From IMG/VR virus record IMGVR_UViG_3300012929_000013: DNA of 42,177 nucleotides; one strand, given 5' to 3'. The position numbers and the translations under genes were made by a program. The notes beneath the pieces were generated by a model. That model was not told the DNA's origin. It saw only the letters and a program-made list of their open reading frames with translations, and did no database searches. The DNA is from a virus. This document shows positions 24,059 to 32,099 of the stretch, piece by piece; position 1 is the stretch's first letter, and each line of letters opens with the position of its first letter.

Positions 24059-25479
24059 GCCGAGCGCCGCTTGCCGCCGTAGAGCTTGCGGCGATACTTG
24101 TCGACCATCTCGTCCGGCTTGCGGTCGAGCCCGCCGGCGAAGGTGAGGCAGAACGCATCGGCGAGATCGGGCGAGCGATGGCCGCGTTTCTTCATCTCGT
24201 CCTTCGCCTCGACCTTGACCTTGCCGGTCGATTCGATGCGGTATTTCGGGGCGCTCAGCTCAGCGATGAGCGCCTGATCATCTTGCGGTAATACCGAACT
24301 GCCACCAGCCAGCCAATCGCGAGCGCGAAACCAAAGCTCATCGCGAAGACGCATGAAACGATCGGATATAGCAGCGGCCTCGCCGACGTTAACGCCCCGC
24401 ACAGGAAGACCAAGCTCGCCCAGGCGATCGACAACGCCAGCACCCAACCCGATGACATCCACGAGTATTTCGGACGGCCGGTCGAGCTCATGAGTCAGCT
24501 TCCATTCCTCGACGATGAGGCCGGTGAGTTGCATGGTGTCCTTGCCGTGCCACGCGCGCACCGGCTCGAGCAGAGTATTCCCCTGCCGCTTGGCGAGCGC
24601 GCTGCGATCATCGCCGAAGCGCGCGACATCGACGCCCCACACCGGCCGGTAATCCGTTGCCGCCACCTTGCGGCGCGCCGCGGCCTCGCAAAGATGCAGC
24701 GGAATAACCGCATCGTCCTCGGTATCGGGGAATTCGCCGAGCACGCGGACACGGTAAGCATTGCTGTCCTTGCCGTATTTCGCGGCGATATCGTCGATGT
24801 GCCCTTGCGCGCGCGGCACGTCCTCAGAATTGACGCGCATGGTGGACCAGCGGTCACGCATGCCGTGGTGGGTGTCATAGAAGAAGCCGCTCGAGCGCGT
24901 CGGATTGGCAAACAGCACCATTTTGGCGCCCAGCGTCGACATCGAGCCGGCACCGACCTCGAAGACGATGTCGGGGATGCCGGACGCCTCCTCGACGACG
25001 AAGAGGAGGTTGTCCTCGTGGAAGCCTTGGAGAGCTTCGGGGTTGTCCTTGGAGGCGGTTCGGGCGACGGCGAAGCATTCCGGCTTGGCGGTCATGTAGA
25101 CGCGCTCGGCATCGATTTGCAGCTCGCCGCGCAGCGCCTCCGGCAGGCGGCCATGCCACTTGCGGATTTCCGGCCACACGACATCGCGCAGCTGGTCTTG
25201 GGAGTTGGCGACGATCGGCACCTTAAACGGCACGCGCGTGCACATGAACCAGAGGACGATCCAGGCGAGATCGGTGGTTTTGCCGACGCCGTGGCCGGCG
25301 CGGATGGAAAGGCGGTCTGATATCGCGAGGGCGCGCAGCGAGTCGGCTTGCCAAGGCTCAGGCTGAGCCTGCAACGCCTCGGTCACGAAGGCCAGTGGGT
25401 CGAGGTGCCAACGTCTCAGCGTCTTGCGTGCCGCCAAGGATTCCGGCGAGAAGCGCTGGGAGGCTGTCGTGTCGGACAT
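24046..25479 (-). CDS. terL: Terminase large subunit (477 aa)
   Basis: Walker A is RAGHGVGKTT and Walker B is LLFVVEEASG. A C-terminal RNase-H-like nuclease region contains VWGVDVARFGDDRS. Confidence 0.9.
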   Translation of the reverse strand: MSDTTASQRFSPESLAARKTLRRWHLDPLAFVTEALQAQPEPWQADSLRALAISDRLSIRAGHGVGKTTDLAWIVLWFMCTRVPFKVPIVANSQDQLRDVVWPEIRKWHGRLPEALRGELQIDAERVYMTAKPECFAVARTASKDNPEALQGFHEDNLLFVVEEASGIPDIVFEVGAGSMSTLGAKMVLFANPTRSSGFFYDTHHGMRDRWSTMRVNSEDVPRAQGHIDDIAAKYGKDSNAYRVRVLGEFPDTEDDAVIPLHLCEAAARRKVAATDYRPVWGVDVARFGDDRSALAKRQGNTLLEPVRAWHGKDTMQLTGLIVEEWKLTHELDRPSEILVDVIGLGAGVVDRLGELGLPVRGVNVGEAAAISDRFMRLRDELWFRARDWLAGGSSVLPQDDQALIAELSAPKYRIESTGKVKVEAKDEMKKRGHRSPDLADAFCLTFAGGLDRKPDEMVDKYRRKLYGGKRRSAWAA

Positions 25480-25687
25480 CGGCGTCTATGTGTTGGGAAG
25501 GTCTGCCGAGATGTCGATCGGCGACATATTGGGCTGCGGCCAGAGCAACTCTCTCATCTTTGCTGGCAACAAGCCTGATAATCTTTCTCATTGCTGCGGG
25601 CGTTGCTTCGGCGACGAGTTCCTTGATTTCGGGGGGAATTTTTGGTCTGCCGCCTGGATTGCCGCTTTTCCCAGGTTCGAATTTCAT
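25358..25687 (-). CDS. Terminase small subunit candidate (109 aa)
   Basis: The N-terminus MKFEPGKSGNPGGRPK is typical of small-terminase-associated proteins in proteobacterial phages, and the gene lies directly upstream of terL. Its last 122 nt overlap terL in another frame. Confidence 0.5.
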   Translation of the reverse strand: MKFEPGKSGNPGGRPKIPPEIKELVAEATPAAMRKIIRLVASKDERVALAAAQYVADRHLGRPSQHIDADVRHDSLPALLAGILGGTQDAETLAPRPTGLRDRGVAGSA

Positions 25688-25726
25688 CTGCTATGAGGCT
25701 TCCTGGCCTACTCCCTGGTATCGCGG

Positions 25727-25888
25727 TCAGAACCCCTTGCCGCCGTTGAAGCCTGGCTTTGGCTTTCCGTAACTGGCCTGAGTGACCTGCCTGGCGGGTC
25801 CGCTATCGCCGCCATCGCTGCCGGATTTCTGCGAGGGCGCGGATGTGGTCTTGGCGTTGGTGACGGTGGACGGGATGGCATGCGGCAT
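25727..25888 (-). CDS. Hypothetical small basic/Gly-rich protein (53 aa)
   Basis: Internal start MPHAIPSTVTNAKTT...KPKPGFNGGKGF of track ORF 25727..26164. GGAGG lies 7 nt upstream and GC3 is high. Confidence 0.55.
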   Translation of the reverse strand: MPHAIPSTVTNAKTTSAPSQKSGSDGGDSGPARQVTQASYGKPKPGFNGGKGF

Positions 25889-25937
25889 GGTGGGGCCTCC
25901 TGCGGAATTTGCATGATTTGCGCGATTTCCGTGATCG

Positions 25938-26480
25938 TCAAGCGAAAATATCCTGGATCGGGTCGCCGGTTTTCCAATCGAGGTCCGATCGGCGGGCGGC
26001 TTGAACGCGGGCGCCGGGAAAGATTTGCTTGGCTTGGGCGATCTCGGGGAAGGCGGCGATGAGGCGGGCGACCTCGTCAAGGGTCCAGATTTCGAGATAA
26101 CGGCCTGAGATGGCGATTGCGTGAGCGTCCTGGGGCGTCTGGACCATGGCGGCGACCTTACCATCCCCGAGTGCCACTTCCCAGACGACCGGGCTCAGCG
26201 GCGCTTGGCCGGCCTCTAGCGCGGCTGCGTCGAGGACGCGGTAGCCGCGGATCATGGCGGCCGAGAGGGCGTCGACCTCGTGCGGGTCGCCATGCCAGAT
26301 GGCATGGTCCCAGGCGACGGCTTGGCGGTCCCATCGCTCGCGCAGGTCGGGGGGGACGAGGAGGCGAAGGCGACCGACGCCCCACTTCGTATCCATTTCC
26401 CGAGCGGTTATGTCGACGTGCTCGACGAGGGCCTGAATGCGATCGACTTGGGCGGCTGTGCGGGAGATGGTGACAGTCAT
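25938..26480 (-). CDS. Hypothetical protein (180 aa)
   Basis: Track ORF; no motif recognised. Confidence 0.7.
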   Translation of the reverse strand: MTVTISRTAAQVDRIQALVEHVDITAREMDTKWGVGRLRLLVPPDLRERWDRQAVAWDHAIWHGDPHEVDALSAAMIRGYRVLDAAALEAGQAPLSPVVWEVALGDGKVAAMVQTPQDAHAIAISGRYLEIWTLDEVARLIAAFPEIAQAKQIFPGARVQAARRSDLDWKTGDPIQDIFA

Positions 26481-26513
26481 GGTGTTTTTCCTAAAAAGCC
26501 CGCCATCTCGATC

Positions 26514-26726
26514 CGTGACATTCCGGGGGAATATATCTTTAGATATATCCCGGATGTCACGGTGGTGACATTGGCCGATGTCACGCTATGTCACGCTATG
26601 TCACGATCATTGATTTCATTGATTTTTTTGATGTCACGCCCAATGTCACATGGTGTCCCTTTATCTCTGATTTTACGAAAATGGCGATGTCACGCTATGT
26701 CACGCGCCGTGACATTAGGTGTCACG
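26514..26726. repeat. Iteron cluster: about 12 copies of ATGTCACG / CGTGACAT in both orientations flanking an AT-rich core (putative replication origin or regulator array)
   Basis: Direct copies are at 26554, 26578, 26588, 26598 (three at 10-bp spacing), 26631, 26643, 26687, 26697 and 26720. Inverted copies are at 26514, 26565 and 26708. There is also a palindrome ATATATCT-TT-AGATATAT at 26531-26548, and TCATTGATT x2 followed by a T-run at 26607-26630. Confidence 0.6.
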
Positions 26727-28806
26727 CTATCCAAATCCATTCCCCATACATCCTGATAATTCCTTTGTTATCAAGACCATCGCGAATCCTCTCCCATTGC
26801 TTTCGCTCCGTCCCTGGTATGTCACGCGTGGTAATTCCAGACTGCCCAAGCTCGGCGCGGAATGTTTCAATTTTGACGACCCTGACATTGGGCAAATTGT
26901 GTCCGGCCGGAGCTGGGATCGAGTGCTCGACGAAGACATTTTTAAGGACATCGAGGGCGCGTATTTCTTTTGGTGATAGCGGCCTTGTTGCCTTTATGGA
27001 TATAGAATTGTCATCGACGGATTTGACGATACAGGAGGTCACCGGCTTGCCGCGGCGGTTGGTTCCAAGCTCTACCTTTTCAAGCCTGAAGGCGAAGGCG
27101 CCGCCGGTCTCCAGCTCCCGCTGCTTGACGACGGTGGCGACGCTGAAATCGGCGCCTTCCTGTCTTGTGACCTCGATCTCGGTATCGGTAGCGGCACGCA
27201 AGGAATTATGACCGCGCGCGCCGCGCGCCTGATCCTTGCCGCTATGATGGACAAAGGCGAGGGCAGTGGGTGCTTCCATCCTGATCCGGTCGGCATTGAT
27301 GACGACAGCGCCCATGTCTTCCGGGGCATTTTCATTGCCGCCGGCGAAGGCCCTGGCCAGGGTATCGATGACGACGAGCAAGATGGGCATTCCGATTTCA
27401 GCGGAAGCCTGCTTTATCAGGGCGATGAGCTTGCCGGTATCGGCCTTGGGATCGAGCATGTTGATGGACGTGGCGACGACGGCGAGAGGGATTTTCTGTC
27501 CTTCCATGCCATAATGTTTCTTGAGCGCGGAAAGACGGTTTTTAATCCCGAAACTGCCTTCCAGGGCGACATAGATGACCCCGCCACGGTCGACTTCGCG
27601 ATCGCGCCAGCGTCGGCCGGTGGCGATGTGAAAGGCAAGGTCCGTCATAAAGAATGTCTTGCCGCAATTGCTCTCGCCGTATACGACGGACATCTGATTA
27701 GTGCAGAGAATACCTTCAACGAAATCAATCGCATCTATGGATGGCTGCACTGCATCGAACCATATGAAAGGCAGAGGATATTCGCCGGACGATTGTTCCG
27801 GCTCTACGACGGGGTGGGGGCGTCCGGCAATCCCTTCCTTGAACGCCGCTTGAGCGATTTCGTCGGCGATCTGTTGCAGGACGGGGAACTTGCCGGTAGC
27901 GGCCCGGTGAAGCAGGTAGCCGATGCGCTGGCGCATGAGCGCCTCGCCGCGCTGATCGGCATCGAGGCTGGTGCTGCGAGCCTTGACGTTGCGCTCGTAG
28001 GTCGGCCATGCCTCGGCGAATAGCTCGATGGGCTCCGGTAGAGTTCCATTGGCGCGGACATAGCTGCCGATACAGCCGCAAATGACCTGCACCATGTACT
28101 TCTCGCGCCCGTCGCCGACGAAGCCGAAGGCAGTGCGGTCGATGCCATTGGCATGGGCGCCGGTCGCGCCATTGGGCTGAGCCCGCTCGGCGCCGCTCTC
28201 GATCAGGGCGAGGAGCCAAGGCGGCGCATCGGCCGGCTTGAGCTTGGCGGGATGGTGGCGCTCGTCCCAAAGGTAGTAGCGGCCACTGGCGTGAAGAGAC
28301 GGCGCGGCGACGATGAAGCCGCCCTCCCCCCTTGTGTCGACGCCGGGTCCGAGGATGTTGCGATCGGTCTTGATTCGTATGCCGGCGGGAGCCGTGAACA
28401 GGTAGTGCCGGCCGCCGCCGCCGGTTATCGCCTGACAGGTTTCCGGCAAGTCGTCATTGTGCATTTGCAGGAAGTGCAGCGTGTCGGCGCCCTCCTTGCC
28501 GGGCGCCTGGTCGACATCGACGACGAAAAGGTTGCCGGAGGCGGCGCCGGTGATGATGCCGATACCGTACTCGCGGTACGGACCGGTGAACCATGCCTTG
28601 ATCTGGTCGAGCCCGGCGCGTTGCGTTTGGAACGGCGTCCAGGCGATGGCGGGATGCTTGCCGGGGGAGACGCAGGCAGGGCCGAGCTGGCAGGAGCAGG
28701 AAGCGCCCGCGAGGCGATGAGCCGGTATGACCGACCAGCCGAGAGAATGATAGAAGAGCGCCCAACTGAGGGTTGCTGGAACATCAGTAGGGGCTTGCTC
28801 GGTCAT
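26722..28806 (-). CDS. Bifunctional primase-polymerase (prim-pol) fused to a RepA/DnaB-like AAA helicase domain (694 aa)
   Basis: The N-terminus has LGWSVIPA...GKHPAIAW...IKAWF...GIGIITG..SGNLFVVDVD...TGGGGRHYLF. The C-terminus has Walker A VYGESNCGKTF and Walker B LLVVIDTLARAF. Confidence 0.85.
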   Translation of the reverse strand: MTEQAPTDVPATLSWALFYHSLGWSVIPAHRLAGASCSCQLGPACVSPGKHPAIAWTPFQTQRAGLDQIKAWFTGPYREYGIGIITGAASGNLFVVDVDQAPGKEGADTLHFLQMHNDDLPETCQAITGGGGRHYLFTAPAGIRIKTDRNILGPGVDTRGEGGFIVAAPSLHASGRYYLWDERHHPAKLKPADAPPWLLALIESGAERAQPNGATGAHANGIDRTAFGFVGDGREKYMVQVICGCIGSYVRANGTLPEPIELFAEAWPTYERNVKARSTSLDADQRGEALMRQRIGYLLHRAATGKFPVLQQIADEIAQAAFKEGIAGRPHPVVEPEQSSGEYPLPFIWFDAVQPSIDAIDFVEGILCTNQMSVVYGESNCGKTFFMTDLAFHIATGRRWRDREVDRGGVIYVALEGSFGIKNRLSALKKHYGMEGQKIPLAVVATSINMLDPKADTGKLIALIKQASAEIGMPILLVVIDTLARAFAGGNENAPEDMGAVVINADRIRMEAPTALAFVHHSGKDQARGARGHNSLRAATDTEIEVTRQEGADFSVATVVKQRELETGGAFAFRLEKVELGTNRRGKPVTSCIVKSVDDNSISIKATRPLSPKEIRALDVLKNVFVEHSIPAPAGHNLPNVRVVKIETFRAELGQSGITTRDIPGTERKQWERIRDGLDNKGIIRMYGEWIWIA

Positions 28807-28830
28807 GATGCCTCCCCAATGAGGCAGGTT

Positions 28831-28860
28831 GGATGATCGCGGATTGGGCCGCGATCATCC
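28831..28860. promoter_or_regulatory. Perfect 12-bp inverted repeat GGATGATCGCGG-ATTGGG-CCGCGATCATCC just upstream of the primase gene
   Basis: Read directly from the sequence, 25 nt upstream of the primase ATG on the minus strand. There is no U-tract, so it is more likely an operator or RNA hairpin than a terminator. Confidence 0.4.
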
Positions 28861-29003
28861 TTCCCGTTGGGTCGGGCAGCAGCGGTGTAGGGCCGCCGTT
28901 ACCGTCGCCGCAGTTGCCGACCGCCGGGGGGCGGGCCGACGCGCCGGGATTGCAAGCCCCGGAAGATGCATCCTAGCATACTAGCGTGACGGTTCCCCTG
29001 CCG

Positions 29004-29219
29004 TCACCGGGACATTTTACCGTGAGATCCGTTAACCGCCATGCACAGCCGGGTTTTCTCTTCCGTTTCGGCTATATCATAGCCCTTCAACCAATGGTCC
29101 ATATTGCAATAGCGGTACGGATTGGTTTGCCGATGGCGACCGGCAAGATAAGCCACTCGACCTTCCTCGACGAGAGCAGCGATTTCCTTTCGTCTTTCAG
29201 TTTTACGGCGCGCGCTCAT
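29004..29219 (-). CDS. Rmf/CrpP-like small protein (71 aa)
   Basis: Internal start MSARRKTERRKEIAALVEEGRVAYLAGRHRQTNPYRYCNMDHWLKGYDIAE... of track ORF 29004..29345. The G..A..GR.....PY.......WL.G spacing resembles ribosome modulation factor. Confidence 0.4.
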   Translation of the reverse strand: MSARRKTERRKEIAALVEEGRVAYLAGRHRQTNPYRYCNMDHWLKGYDIAETEEKTRLCMAVNGSHGKMSR

Positions 29220-29223
29220 CGCT

Positions 29224-29898
29224 CTAGAACTCCGCGCCAGCGACGAGGGGAGCCGTCTTGGGCGTCTCCTGGACCGGCGGGGGCACATGCGTCGCCGCCA
29301 GCGTCCGTGCCGGCTGTGCGGAAGCCGGCGTCGCCCCATTGCCATTCTTGAGCGGCATATCCGCCGGCCGATCGATCCACGAGGCGATGAAGATCTGTGG
29401 TTGGTAGTTCGTCGACGACTTGGCGCCCGAGCCGGTCTTCACCGGCACGGTGCCGTGGCATTGGATGACCGGCAGCTTGCCCTGCTTCGATTCCGGCGCG
29501 GCGAGATAGGCCGAGTGCAGTCCATCGACCTGGCCCAGGACGATCTTGGCGGTATGCGCCCACTCGCGCACGTCGCCGCCGCACGACTTGGCGAGCTTGA
29601 TGCGTGAGCGGAAGCCCTGCTTGTAGTTGTCGCCGGGCTTCGCCGGCAGAGGTTGACCGAGCGGCACGAGCCGGAAGTCGGGCGCGCTGCCGGCATTGAA
29701 ATTGATCCAGCCGACCTCGATGGTGGCGAAGTCGAGGATGAAGGCGATGCCGTTGGTGATCTCGACATTGTCGGTCTGCCAATTCCCGGCGCTGTCTTGC
29801 GTGCGGTCGACGCGGAAGAAGCGTCCCGCCTTGGCGTCGTACTTCATGATCGGCGTGAAGTCGCCCGCCGTGCTTTCCGTTTGAATCCCGAGGGCCAT
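29224..29898 (-). CDS. Hypothetical protein (224 aa), possible ssDNA-binding/annealing partner of the adjacent exonuclease
   Basis: Track ORF. The function is guessed only from its position next to the Cas4-like nuclease and from a flexible C-terminal tail ending in Phe. Confidence 0.25.
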   Translation of the reverse strand: MALGIQTESTAGDFTPIMKYDAKAGRFFRVDRTQDSAGNWQTDNVEITNGIAFILDFATIEVGWINFNAGSAPDFRLVPLGQPLPAKPGDNYKQGFRSRIKLAKSCGGDVREWAHTAKIVLGQVDGLHSAYLAAPESKQGKLPVIQCHGTVPVKTGSGAKSSTNYQPQIFIASWIDRPADMPLKNGNGATPASAQPARTLAATHVPPPVQETPKTAPLVAGAEF

Positions 29899-29978
29899 TT
29901 CTGCGTTGTCCTTTCACCTTCGTCATGCGCGTTGCCGACGCGCGGCGGCTTGTCCTGCGAAGTCTTGGCGTAGCAGGA

Positions 29979-30854
29979 TCACTTTCTCAACCCGAGCGAG
30001 TCCATCGTCAAGGCCTTACCCTGCTCGCAGAATTGATAGGCCAGGCAATAATCGGCGCATCTGACACTGCGTTCCGGCATGATCTCGACACGATAGAGCG
30101 CCTTGAGGTTCTTGGCTTGCGCGGCGGCGAGGGCGTCCTTCGCGTCTTCCGCAGTGGCAAAGAGCCGCGTCGCTTTCTGGTTGCCGTCCTTCCATAGCGC
30201 GTAGGTCGCCGGCCGTGCCCAGCGCTCTTCCGCCGTGCACAGCGGCAACTTGTGCTGCGCATGCCCGTGCTCGGTCAGCCGAGCGGTGATGAACGTCTCG
30301 ACATCCTCGGTCGGCCAGAGCGGGATGTCGATGACGACAGCCGGCGTCTGTGGATACTCCGGCGTATGACGCGCCTTCGACTTCTGCCAGTCGCGCAAGA
30401 TGACGACGGCCTGTCCGCGCTCGATGCGGTAGCCGTGCTTGCGCAGCATCAGGGCATAGATGTTGAGCTGCGACACCCACTCGGGCTTGGCGCCTTCCTT
30501 GATGCTGTAGGTGCTGGTTATTTTATAGTCCTGGAGCAATCCATTCTCCAGGAGCAGCCGATCGAACTGACCGGAGATGCGCCAGCCGTGCCGCTCGAGG
30601 AAGAGGCGCTCCTCGGTCAGCGCCTCGTCGTCGGCGCGCTCCAGGATGCCATGCGCGATCTGTCCCATCAGCGCCCAGATGCGCTCGGCGACATCCTCGG
30701 TCAGCTCGGCCGCGTGCGCGATCTCGATGGCGCGCTTGCGGGCGGGGCCGATGAGGCCGGTGACGCTGATATGCGCATCGCCCTTGCTGTAGGGATCGTT
30801 GCGTACCGCGTTGACGATCGAGGACGGCAGGTTGAGACGGTTGGTTAAGATCAT
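29979..30854 (-). CDS. PD-(D/E)XK Cas4/RecB-like exonuclease (291 aa)
   Basis: Internal start MILTNRLNLPSS... of track ORF 29979..30878. Motifs: ISVTGL, GQIAHGILE, GQFDRLLL...LQDYKITS and a C-terminal Cys cluster RCADYCLAYQFCEQ. Confidence 0.7.
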   Translation of the reverse strand: MILTNRLNLPSSIVNAVRNDPYSKGDAHISVTGLIGPARKRAIEIAHAAELTEDVAERIWALMGQIAHGILERADDEALTEERLFLERHGWRISGQFDRLLLENGLLQDYKITSTYSIKEGAKPEWVSQLNIYALMLRKHGYRIERGQAVVILRDWQKSKARHTPEYPQTPAVVIDIPLWPTEDVETFITARLTEHGHAQHKLPLCTAEERWARPATYALWKDGNQKATRLFATAEDAKDALAAAQAKNLKALYRVEIMPERSVRCADYCLAYQFCEQGKALTMDSLGLRK

Positions 30855-31198
30855 GCCTGCTCCAGCTCCACCGCGCATCCGGCAACATCGCCCCAGCGCA
30901 GAACGATAGACTCGGCGAGGCTGTCATCCTCGACGACGCGCATGGTCACCAACACGTCACTGACCGCCTTTTCGAGGTTACCGAGATCGCTGCCGGCACG
31001 ATGCTTGGCCGAGAAGGTCAGGGTCATCCGGTACTTGCCAGCGACGCTGTTGGGTGATTGATCCATGCGCTGTATCATGATCTGTACGGCAGCGATGTCG
31101 CGCCAGCGCTCGTAGACCGGCGCGACGACGCGGCGGTTACGGACGGTGACGAAGAGGCCGTTCGTCGACGGCGGGAAGGGGAGAGCATAGACGATCAC
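30851..31198 (-). CDS. rusA: RusA-family Holliday junction resolvase (115 aa)
   Basis: PFPPSTNGLF...YERWRD...GSDLGNLEKAVSDVLVTMRVVEDDS matches the RusA pattern. Confidence 0.8.
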   Translation of the reverse strand: MIVYALPFPPSTNGLFVTVRNRRVVAPVYERWRDIAAVQIMIQRMDQSPNSVAGKYRMTLTFSAKHRAGSDLGNLEKAVSDVLVTMRVVEDDSLAESIVLRWGDVAGCAVELEQA

Positions 31199-31431
31199 CG
31201 CATCGCCTCTCCGGTATCCGGCGATCGATCCTGTATCGCCCGGCTGAGCTTGACACCGAGATCGCGTAATAGCGCATCGACACCGCCGCCGATCTTGCCG
31301 CGTCCGACGAATGCGATCTCGCGCAGAATGCCGCTGTCGTCGTAGACCAGCGAGACATCAAGATCATGTGTCCCCTCGCCGACCTCGATCGACATCGCGA
31401 CGGTCTCCGACATCAGCCGCCGCGGGGTCAT
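31195..31431 (-). CDS. Hypothetical small protein (78 aa)
   Basis: Internal start MTPRRLMSETVAMSIEVGEG... of track ORF 31195..31740, chosen because it overlaps (ATGA) the upstream stop. Confidence 0.55.
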   Translation of the reverse strand: MTPRRLMSETVAMSIEVGEGTHDLDVSLVYDDSGILREIAFVGRGKIGGGVDALLRDLGVKLSRAIQDRSPDTGEAMR

Positions 31432-31826
31432 GCCGCCACTCCCGGGCCATGAAGCGGTGGCAGACGCGGCACCGGCATCAATCCGGCCGAGTCGAACCGA
31501 CGCCAGCCGCGCCGCATGCCAACGACGAGCCGATTGAGCGGGCGCTGGAACTCGCGGTACTCGTCGGCATGCTCGATAATGTCCTCGCCGACGCCGCCAT
31601 GTAGGAAGCCGCCGCATTGCGCTATCAGCCATGCCTCGCCGACCGCACAGTGAGCGCATGTGCGGTGCGAGTTCCAGTGTCCATCGCAAAGGCCGCTCGC
31701 TGCCCAGTATCCCTCTCCAGCCACGATCGGGCGCCCACATTCATCGCAGCGATATGCCCGCCGAGCGCGCCGAGCGACCCGGCGATACATTTCGTACGGT
31801 TCGGCGCCGTCGATCGCGCACATCAC
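31428..31826 (-). CDS. Cys-rich hypothetical protein (132 aa, GTG start)
   Basis: Track ORF containing CDECG...C..HW..HRTCAHC, which suggests zinc binding. Confidence 0.6.
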   Translation of the reverse strand: MMCAIDGAEPYEMYRRVARRARRAYRCDECGRPIVAGEGYWAASGLCDGHWNSHRTCAHCAVGEAWLIAQCGGFLHGGVGEDIIEHADEYREFQRPLNRLVVGMRRGWRRFDSAGLMPVPRLPPLHGPGVAA

Positions 31827-32002
31827 GCCGCCCGCCCGCCGAGCTTGGTGAGCGCCTCACGGAGGATCGCCTCGCCGCCCCGGCTGACCTTGCCCTTCGC
31901 CCAATTGTGAATCGTCTGTCGGGTGACGCCGCAGATATCGGCAAGCTTGGTCCTGCCGCCGGCCAGCCGCAGTGCCCGCTCTATCTCGGTCTCTCGCTTC
32001 AT
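31823..32002 (-). CDS. Cro/YdaS-like HTH DNA-binding protein (59 aa), first gene of the leftward unit
   Basis: Not in the track. Hand translation: MKRETEIERALRLAGGRTKLADICGVTRQTIHNWAKGKVSRGGEAILREALTKLGGRAA. The HTH is LADICGVTRQTIHNW. The ATG lies 6 nt after a -10-like TATTGT. Confidence 0.7.
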   Translation of the reverse strand: MKRETEIERALRLAGGRTKLADICGVTRQTIHNWAKGKVSRGGEAILREALTKLGGRAA

Positions 32003-32008
32003 GATGAG

Positions 32009-32037
32009 ACAATATGGTGCGACAAAGATTTTGTCAA
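32009..32037 (-). promoter_or_regulatory. Leftward promoter candidate: TTGACA-17 nt-TATTGT, about 6 nt before the HTH gene ATG (near-leaderless)
   Basis: The -35 is at 32037..32032 and the -10 at 32014..32009 on the minus strand. The promoter overlaps palindrome O1. Confidence 0.55.
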
Positions 32038-32061
32038 TTAGATGTTGACAAGATTTTTGTC
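32021..32061. promoter_or_regulatory. Two 15-bp operator-like palindromes: GACAAAGATTTTGTC (32021-32035) and GACAAGATTTTTGTC (32047-32061)
   Basis: Read directly from the sequence. Each palindrome overlaps the -35/spacer of one of the divergent promoters. Confidence 0.6.
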
Positions 32062-32073
32062 GTCCACTATTTT
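32045..32073 (+). promoter_or_regulatory. Rightward early promoter candidate: TTGACA-17 nt-TATTTT
   Basis: The -35 is at 32045-32050 and the -10 at 32068-32073. It is followed by AAGGAG (32087-32092) and the ATG at 32100. Confidence 0.55.
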
Positions 32074-32099
32074 TACGTCATCGAACAAGGAGAGCCGAG

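Noticed and set aside
25708-25977. 89-aa Pro/Arg-rich minus-strand ORF
   Set aside because: The alternative frame (25727..25888) has a GGAGG RBS and high GC3, whereas this one looks like an off-frame translation.
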